A stretch of 43,374 bases of DNA, counting the filler, from Jimgerdemannia flammicorona (Eukaryota): assembly GCA_003990765.1 (NCBI GenBank). It is 2 parts of 2 records of this genome, joined end to end, with 100 filler letters (N's around TTAATTAATTAA, not from the genome) between each part and the next. Parts side by side here need not be neighbours in the genome. Positions count along the whole stretch, not along the records: positions 21,745 to 43,374 come from RBNJ01001417.1; 1 more part is not named here. One strand, written 5' to 3'. Positions 34,841 through 43,374 of this stretch are shown here, in pieces. The number at the start of each line of letters is the position of its first letter. Position 1 is the first letter of the stretch. Both the position numbers and the translations under genes were made by a program. The notes beneath the pieces are model-generated. The model searched no databases, was not told where the DNA came from, and saw only the letters and a program-made list of their open reading frames with translations.

Positions 34841-36548
34841 ACTATATAATGATAAGCAAAAGGAGCTTATATGTAAATTATATAAAAGTCTCTATAACAT
34901 CAAATAAGCAATAAGGCTATAGAATTAAAATACTTCTTAGATAATATATTTAAGCATTATGAAGCTAATATATATATACTTAGTATATATTCTTAGAAAT
35001 AGTATATCTAGAAATTTGGATTAATAATATCATTCTGATTAGGATGGTAAGTGAGATTAATGATGTAAAGGTGACTCTATACTAGAAATTTAAGATAATA
35101 TATATAGATAATATATCCTATTTTCTTAGAATATCAATTACATATAATAGATACAAGTGTATTATATATTTATCACAAACTATATATATTTAGACTATAC
35201 TCAAACAATTTGATACAAGTAAATATAAATCTATTGAAATATCTATAGAGACATCTGTGAGACTAAAAAAGTCCAATATATCTAAAATAATAATATCTTC
35301 TATTGGTAAGCTATAGAATCTCTCATACATATATCTTATATTTGAGATAAGATCTAACATATATTATGTAGTCAACAAAGTAGCACAGTACTCATTCTGC
35401 TATAATAATTCATATTGGATTGCAATCAAGTATATTTTCCAGTATATTAAAGATATATTATACTTTATACTTAGTTTAGATAATAATTATAAGGAATAAA
35501 GCAGGAGTACTATAAGGTTATCTAGTATATATAATGTTAATTGAGCTGATAACCTGAATGACAGATAGTCTATAACTAGATACCTCTTTAAAATTAGTGA
35601 AAATGGAGTTATTTTATAGCAAATATATAAGCAATCTTTAGTAGTAATATCATTTATACAAGCAGAGTACCAAATATTATCTATAGTGATAAAAAAAGCT
35701 ATATAGCTTTGAGAACTGCTAAAGAAGTTAAGATATAATCAATAGTACTCTATACTACTCTAATAAGACAATCAATCTATAATTACTATAGCAAAGAACT
35801 CTATATATATATCATACTAAGACCAAACATTTTAATATATAATATTATTTCATATAAGAATATATAGAAAATAGTAGTATATATCTTGAATATACTCTGA
35901 TAGAGTATATGATAGTAGATTTATTGACTAAAGTTCTTTTAAAGATAAAGTTTGACTTATATATATGTATAATGAATAAAACTTATAGATAATTCTATAT
36001 CAGTAAACAGGAACTATATACTAGTAAGTAACAATTTTATACTAGTAAGTAGCAAGCAGCAAGCAATAGTAATAATAATAATATAAGTAATAATAGAAAG
36101 TTTTTCAGAGTATTAAAAAGTCTCTCACTATATCTTATACATATATATATCTCTATATTTTTATATATCTTATATATATTTATTAATATTGCTAGTTTTA
36201 TCTAGTTATAAGTGATATTCTTTTTTTAACATTGTTTAAAATTTCTATTTTTCACTACTTTGTTGATCTATTTTTATACTTATAAGTAGGGAATTTTGAT
36301 ATTTTTTTAATTATCTAAATAGTATCCTATTAATTATATTTAGTTTGCTCAATTAGTTATTTTATTTGTATATTCTGGGATATATCTTATTAAGTAAGAG
36401 TATTGAAATATCTTAGTTATAGCAACTCAATATATAGTAATATAGCTTGACTATAATATTATATAAATATTATCAATATATATAAGTATATAAATTATTA
36501 ATAAATAATTATAGCTTCTTCTCTCCATTCTTTCTCAAGTATTCTACA
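34530..36548 (+). mobile_element. Ty1/Copia relic (RT, RNase H, PPT, 3' LTR), heavily transition-mutated
   Basis: YKI*FIIKEY..VDYDKIF matches YKARLVAKGY..VDYDETF. Y*IDIKLVFLNS matches HQMDVKSAFLNG. Also LYKSLYNIK*A, WINNII, AEY, DNQS, TKHF, DLLTK. AAGTAAGAG|TATTG at 36392-36405 resembles a mutated PPT plus TGTTG. The LTR would be 36401-36548, ending CTACA. Confidence 0.88.
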
Positions 36549-37523
36549 ATACTATAGACTGTATAATAATTCTAGTTTCATTAAGAGAAAGTAACTAAAT
36601 CTGAAAGTTTTTAGTGAGTTTAAAGTAGCTCAGAGAGATACTAATAGATTTAAGTAAGTTTGAAGAAAATAAGTAGAGTTTTATTTACAATAAACTTTGG
36701 TTAAAACTTATTTGATAGATAGTTAATTTGAGATTATATCTTGAGATTCTTAGTAGACAATAAGACTTAATTACTAATGATATAGATAATATTATAGTAT
36801 TTCTTATCAGTATACTTTACTTGATACTATTAAGTCTTCTGAAGATTTTTTGTAGTAATTTTGAGTAGTTTATCCATCTTGTTTATAAGGTTCTTAATAG
36901 TAGAGACTTGGATTTAACTACTTTTCTAAAAGAGAACTAGACTTATAGAAGTCTTAGAATCTTAACTATAAAGTAATCAAAAGAGAAAAGACTAGTAGTT
37001 AATTGAACTATATTATTATATATAAATTTTATATAGATCAGATAGTAGTCTCAATTATCTTACTTATAAGAAATATAGTTTCTAAGTATCTATTTAAGAG
37101 TTCTGTTCATATACTCAGTTTATCTATCAGTTTAGAGTAGAGAATAGTAGATATTATAATTTGAGTTCTAAGAATCTTATTAAAAGTAACTGATAAACTT
37201 GAGATCTCAGTTACTAATTATAACTTATACATAGTAAATTATAATAGAAGAAGATTAACTTAAAGAAGATTCTTATAATCTCAGAGACTATAATATTAGT
37301 TATAGTAGGTTTAGCAATTATAATATTAGTTAGACAGTCAATGAATATAACTATAACATTAGTACTTGACTTGGACTAAGATAGTTATATTATAAAATCT
37401 ATTATAACTTACTTAAACTTCTTAACAGAAATTGACAAAGACTGAAGTAAACTAGCTGATACTTAGTTACTAGACTTATTATACTAACAAAGATTACAAC
37501 TAGTACAGATCTTTCTCTGGTAA
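36549..37523. mobile_element. AT-rich degenerate repeat relic, possibly the 5' leader/gag start of an LTR element, cut by LINE copy 2
   Basis: TpA-rich and CpG-free. The last ~270 nt translate on + to a semi-open frame ending QRLQLVQIFSG immediately before the LINE 5' end. Confidence 0.35.
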
Positions 37524-40500
37524 CATTCAGGTTACACAACCCTTTGGCAACACTTTCGACATAGTTTCTGGAGAAAAGCTACTAGTATCATGGTGACCAA
37601 CGAGTATCCGGAGGTGCATACTGGGCAGGGTGGCCCTGGAGCATTTGAATGGCAGTAAGTGGGGAGAGGCCCTGGCTTGGGGAGAAGTATGAGGGGCCTA
37701 CTGGTGGGGGGCCACAGTGGAAGAGGGGGCAGAACTGGAGGCCAAGGGTCTGGCAGGGTGAGCTTTGCGGAGAAGGTGAAGGGGGGTCGGCAGAGAGCTG
37801 GACTGGAGAGCTGGCTGAGAGGGGGGAAGATACTGGTGGCGGTTTCCAGGCAGCAACCTCTTGGGGGTGCCTCTCTGGAGGGCCATAGGAGTGGAGCTGG
37901 GGAGGGAGTGGCTGGGGCGGGGACTGCTGATGGGGTGTGACGGGTGATCTGGAAAAAAATCTAGATGGGACTACTGATGGTGGGCCGAGCAGTAGGAAGG
38001 GCACGAGGCCCGGGGACCTGGCGGATGGTGTAACGGGACTGGCAGTGGCTCCATTACTCAAGAAGTCGATCTCGGTATTCACAGTCACGCTGTGCTTCCG
38101 GGGCTTAGCAGTGATAGTGAAAATGGTATTGGGGCTTATTGCTAAGCAGGTGGTGGGAGCGGCTTCGGTGAAGTTTCTGAAGGGACTGGAGGGGGTGGAG
38201 GTTGGATTTGAGGAGGTGGAACCACTGGAGGAGGCACTGAAGATTGGGTTAGTGGTTGGGGAGGTGTGTGTTCCAATGGTGAGGTGTTTGAAATGGGATC
38301 CGAGGGTGGTCCAACTGCTGGTGAAAGGAGTACCCACAGTGATGGCGATGGAGATGAGGAAGAGAGTAGAGGATGTCATGGCAGAGTATAGAGAGGTAGT
38401 GGATATCGGATTCAGGGTCTGGGAAGGGACCACACTCAGGACTGGGGATGTGGATGTGAGGATTCAGCTGGCTGGGAAAGAGGCTACCAGGAAGGCGAGG
38501 GACTGGCCTTCAGTATTGGTCTGGGGGGCTTTCCTGTGCAAGGTGACACAGGTGAAAGGAAGTGAAGAAGAGGAGGAAGATTTATTGGAAGTGCTGGAGG
38601 AGCTGGATGGGGCTGTGGAACGGCGAGCTAAGGCCTGGAAGATTTTCGAGGAGTCGACGCTCCTGGAGGTGGTGGATGGAAAGAGGATTCGAGTGGACAA
38701 GGTGCAGTGGGAAAGGGCTCAGGGGCGGAAGAGGTAGAAGGATTTGCTGGCTAAGCTGGGAGGTGGACCACAGAAGGATGCGAGCATGAAGACGGGTACA
38801 GAAGGGACCAGAGCGAGTGTCTGGGCTGGTGAGCAGAGTGGGAATGAAGGGGCAGGGTCAGGGAAGGCTATGGAGGGAAGACTAGCGACCTATATACTGA
38901 CGGCACCTTGGAGGTGTAGGATGACAGCTGGGAGAACTCCCCCACCCCTTCCCCTCTAATCAGGCATAGCCCAGCTTCCAGGAACAAGCCTAGGGAGGAT
39001 GTGATGATGCTGGGGACCCAGCAGGTAAAATTCAGCATTCCAGAGGTGATGGATGGGGACCAAGTAGTGGTGGCAGGGGAGGAGGAACTGGTGGATGTCC
39101 CAGAGGTGTGGGATGAGGACGCGAGTGCGGGAGTGGACACCATGATGCTGGATGGAGGGAGGCCGGCGACCCCTGGTGGAAAGGAGGTGGGGAACCTACT
39201 TTGGATGTGCCGGATGATGAATAACCTGGCAGCAGAAGAGCTGGGGGAGGTGAACTTGCATGGGATGGGTGATGAGCACTGGATAAGGATTTTGCAGGGA
39301 GAAGGAGTGGTGATGGTGCTGAAGGCGGAAATTCTCGTGGTGTATCTGGAGGAGGAAGGGTATGAGGTGGATAAGGAGAGGGAGGCAGAGTTAGTGGTGA
39401 TTGCTGGGGAGAAGGCTGAGTACTGTTGGAATAGGCGTCATAGGTTGCAGCTTTGGCAGGAGACTTGCATCGAGTACTGAGAGGAGTTTGAGGAGAAGGC
39501 TGATGAGGAGATGAATGAGCTGTTGGCTGGACTGGAGGCTCAGAGGGCTGAAGAGGAGGAGGTGATGGCTGAACATAATCTGGACACAGTACAGGAGGAG
39601 AGGGGCATGGAGTAGTAGGGATTGATTGAGAACAAACCATATCTTATTATGAACAGTACAACCAACTTTTTTTCTTTGAACGTGAATGGGCTAAGGGGCG
39701 CAGTTAGATACAGGAACATTTTTATTTGGTTGAAGAGATTGGAGGCTGATCTCTTCCTCTTGCAGGATGTCAGGTGTAAGGATAATATTGATAGGATGGA
39801 ATGGACTAAGGAATGGGGTGGTATGGCGATTTGGAACAGCAAGGTTGGGATTCTGGTTCAGAAAGGCAGAGGGGAGATAAAGGATGTGAGGAGCTGGGGG
39901 GAGAGACTGGTCTGGGGTGAGTGGATTCAAGTAGATTGGGAGCTGGTCACAGTTGGCTCCTGTTACTGCCCTGTGGTACGGGGGGAGTATGTGGATTGGG
40001 TGAAAGGGCTCCTGGAGAGTGGGATCCTTGCTGAAGCTGGGTTGGATATACTTGGAGGAGATTTCAATATGGTTCGAGATGTACAGCTGGATAGAACTGA
40101 TGGAGGATGGGGTGCGGAGAGCAGGAGTGGGGGGTTAGTGACGTGGGAGGAGGTTGAAAGACTAGGAGCACTGGTGGATGCTGGTAGGGAGCACTGGGGG
40201 GAAAGGAGAGTATATACGCATTGGGCTGGAGGTCTGGGGACAAGGATTAACTGGATTCTGATGGCCGACTGTTGGGGCCACAATGTCTGGAAGGTGATAA
40301 AGGTAGAATGGTGTCCGTGGTCAGATCACTGGGGCCTCTTGGGACAGGGGTGTTTTGGGGGAAGTAGAGATAGGCCTGGACATTGGTGCCTGAATTCCTC
40401 CTTGTTGGATGATGAGGTCCAGTGGGAGGAGTAGGCAAAAGACATTTAGCTGAAGATGGCGAATTGGTGGCAGGAAGAGGCCGCGATTGGGGTTCGGTGG

Positions 40501-43374
40501 ATGAGGATGAAAGAGATGGCCAGGATGTATTAGAGCGAGGTTGGCAGAGTGGCTGGGAAGCAGTGAAGGCAGAAAGTGCATTGGGCTTCTACTAGATTGG
40601 CTAGGCTCCTGGAGGAGTGGGCGAGACTGGTAGCAGTGGAGGGAGATGAGGATTGGAGAATAACGAGGGTGAGGATGGAGGTTGGAGAACTGCAACAGGT
40701 GCTGTGGGAAGAAGAAGAGTCAAAGGTGCAAGGCCTGGTGGTATGGCTTTGTTGGCAGGGGGTGAAGGAAGGGGAGAGGCCTTCCAAGTTTCTCACAAGG
40801 ACACTTCGAGCGAGAAGAGTACAGCAGTGGTGGGAAGGGATACTTGACTCAGATGATGTACTAGTGCATGGTGTACAGGACATCCTTGGAATGCTGAAGG
40901 CACGATGGAGTGGATTGTAGAGTGAGGAGGAGGGTGGGGCAGATACTATAGCCATTGACCAAACATTAGAAGATTGGCACCCACCACAAGCTGAGGGACT
41001 AGGTGACCTGGTGATGCCTGTAAAGGAGGACGAGATCCACCAGGTTCTTGCCGCGACAGCCTTGGATACAGTGCCTGGGGAGGATGGCCTCCCCTGGGAT
41101 TTCTGGAAGCAGATGGTTGGAGTCCCGGGCATATTGGGGGAGTTGACAGCACTGTGTGACTCTATATTGCAGTCAGGGAGATGAGTGGGGGAGCAAGACC
41201 TTGGGCTGGTGATGCTGCTTTATAAGAACAAGGAAAGGTGAGAGGATTGGAAGAACTGGTGGCCGATAATGTTGCTAGATATGGACAGGAAGTTGGTGAC
41301 TAAGGTGGTGGTCGCAAGGCTACAGAAGGTGGCCCAGCAAATTGTGGGTAGTGAACAGAGGGGCTTCATAGGGGGTTGGCTTATTAGAGATAGCACGGCC
41401 TGGGTACATGGAGTTATTGAAGGTGCTTGAGCCTGTAGACTAGATGGGCATCTTGTCTTCTTGGATCAGGAGAAGGCTTATGACCGGGTGCAGCGAGTCT
41501 GGCTGGCGAAAGTATTAGATAGAATTGGAGTTCCGGCCCCATTTTGGTTGGCGATGGTCAGCCTACTGGAAAGGAGTAGGGCTGCGCTCATATGCAATGG
41601 ACATTGAGGGGTGGCTTTCCCTCTGGGTAGGGGAGTGCCTCAGGGGGACCCACTATCCCCCATTTTGTATGTTCTTTCCTTGGAATCTCTCATGGACAGG
41701 ATTTGGTAGAGGATCATAGGGCTCTCTATCTATGGAATTGGCTGGAAGGTTGGAGCCTTTGCGGATGACATGATGGTTGGTTTGGGAGTAACTGCGGATG
41801 TTGAGGAGCTCCAGAAGACAGTGGAGTGGTATGAGGAGAACTCTGGGGTGAAGCTGAATTGGCACAAGTGCAAAAAAATAGTGCTGGGCAATGGCATAGT
41901 GGGTGGAGAAGTTATTGGAACAATTGTTCCCACCGGAGAGACAGTGCAGTACTTGGGCATCTATTTGTTGGTCTATGGGTCTGTTTTGCCCAGGCTGTGG
42001 TAGGAGCAGAGGATTGGAATTTGGGAGGAGGACCTGTGGGGTTGGGGGGGTAGACACTTCTCTCTGGCAGGAAGGATCTCGATTTTGAATGTTTACTGGC
42101 TGCCGAAGCTGTGGTATTTGGCCTATCATCTGGACTTCCCAGCCTGGGTGGTGAAAAGATTGGTGAAGGTGGCCAAGAGATGGATTTGGGCTGGCAGATA
42201 GAGTCAGATTGGTTGGGAGACTCTGTCCCTACCGGTGGCAAGAGGTGGTCTTGGGTTGGTGGACTTTCCCAAAAGACTACACTGCTTGTGGGCTTGGTGG
42301 CTGAGGAGGGCAGTGGAGTTGCATGGAGGGGGCTGGGTCCCCTTGCTGCAGAAGATATGGGAGAGGAGGACATCACCTAGAGGCTTGACTAGTGATCTTC
42401 TTTCATTAGTTGGGCTTCAGAACACTACACAACTGAGATATAAAGACTTCTAGTGGGGTATAGCTGAGGGGGCACACCGTATTGGTATTCACTGGTGAGG
42501 GGATGAGGGGGAGAGGGCTTGGGGCCCAGCGATGTGGAGATGGGATAGCATTCTTCTGGGGGGCATGTCTTTACTGAAGTTCAACATTAGTGATGGCATC
42601 GAATGCTAAAGGGGACCAGGCCAGGATCTGTGGCCTAGTGGTTGGCAAGGAGTTGGAATTGGTAAGGAGTGGGACTGGCATGGGGTTTGGACCTGGAGTG
42701 CCGCAGTGAAAAATTGGATGCCACCAAAGTACTGGATAGTCTGGTGGTGTATGCTGAGGAGGAATGTGATGCTTAACTTCTGCTCAGGACACCTTGTTGT
42801 CAGGGGCTGCTTTGACTGCAAGGAGTGCCATAATGTAGGGCAGGAAGGGGGATTGGTACAGATGCTGGAACATTGGCTAGAGGAGTGTGAGGTGTTGGGA
42901 GACTTTTGGCAGACCATTGGGAACCGCTTGGGGGTAAGGCATAGAGGTGATGATGCATGGGGGAGGTGGGAGGACCTGAGGGATCGATTGATAGGAGGGG
43001 TAGGGGAAGAGTGGATTATGTTAGGCTGGATGTTGGCTATTTGGGTTGGGCTGGCTGGCCACTGGCTATTTGTATTTGAGGAGGAGAAGTGACAGAGCTT
43101 GGAGAGCCGTTTAACAAGGTGGCAGTTCCTTATGGAGGATACCTTGACAGGCTGGTGGCTTGGTTGGGGGCTGCAGGAGGGTCGGAGGCGCCACTTGGTG
43201 GTGAAAATCTGTGGTCAGAGTGGTGGGAGAGTTGGAGTTGTTGGTGAGAGGATAGTCTTTATACGTGAAGAGGTGGGGTGGAGCCCCCCGATGGGGATCG
43301 GTTAGTGGGTAGTGATATTGTATACTTATTCATAGACTGGTAATAAAGATGGAGTCCAAGAGACTATAAAAAAA
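37524..43374 (+). mobile_element. L1/Tx1-like non-LTR retrotransposon, copy 2, full length (~5.85 kb), degenerate
   Basis: 5' end CATTCAG aligns with the 5' end of copy 1. ORF1 ~37590-39616. ORF2 39649-43305 with APE (SLNVNGL, LLQD, GGDFN, SDH), RT (LDQEKAYDRV, GVPQGDPLSP, AFADD, YLGI) and C-terminal CKEC...EHWLEEC zinc finger. AATAAA at 43342 and poly(A) from 43368. Confidence 0.96.

Noticed and set aside
23213..43374. The two inverted LINEs as terminal inverted repeats of one giant composite element
   Set aside because: The copies are substantially diverged and have the structure of independent retrotransposition events.

Overview
Eukaryotic, fungal-type genomic DNA, probably Mucoromycota-like (inferred from the HKDLHxGN-type TKL kinase and the Amt sequence). 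It consists of two pieces joined by an artificial 100-nt spacer (N44-TTAATTAATTAA-N44, 21645-21744). The left piece starts with a minus-strand tyrosine-kinase-like gene followed by at least 24 tandem exon+intron units of about 179 bp. Each unit holds one phase-1, usually 84-nt exon encoding a 28-aa RI/NLRC3-type leucine-rich repeat, and the introns are homologous to each other. A complete but degenerate Ngaro-type tyrosine-recombinase retrotransposon (A1-gag-RT/RH-YR-B1-A2-B2) sits about 67 bp upstream of the kinase ATG. Next come deletion-riddled pseudogenes of fumarate reductase-cytochrome b5 and of mannose-1-phosphate guanylyltransferase alpha, an AT-rich relic, and an apparently intact ammonium transporter. 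The right piece is a nest of mobile elements: a Cys-cluster/acidic-repeat ORF with 33-bp repeats, two related L1/Tx1-like LINEs in divergent orientation, a dUTPase-carrying Ty3/Gypsy element with an extra 3' ORF, and a heavily C>T/G>A-mutated Copia relic. The best candidate for a new system is the kinase-LRR receptor with a modular, actively recombining one-repeat-per-exon array.
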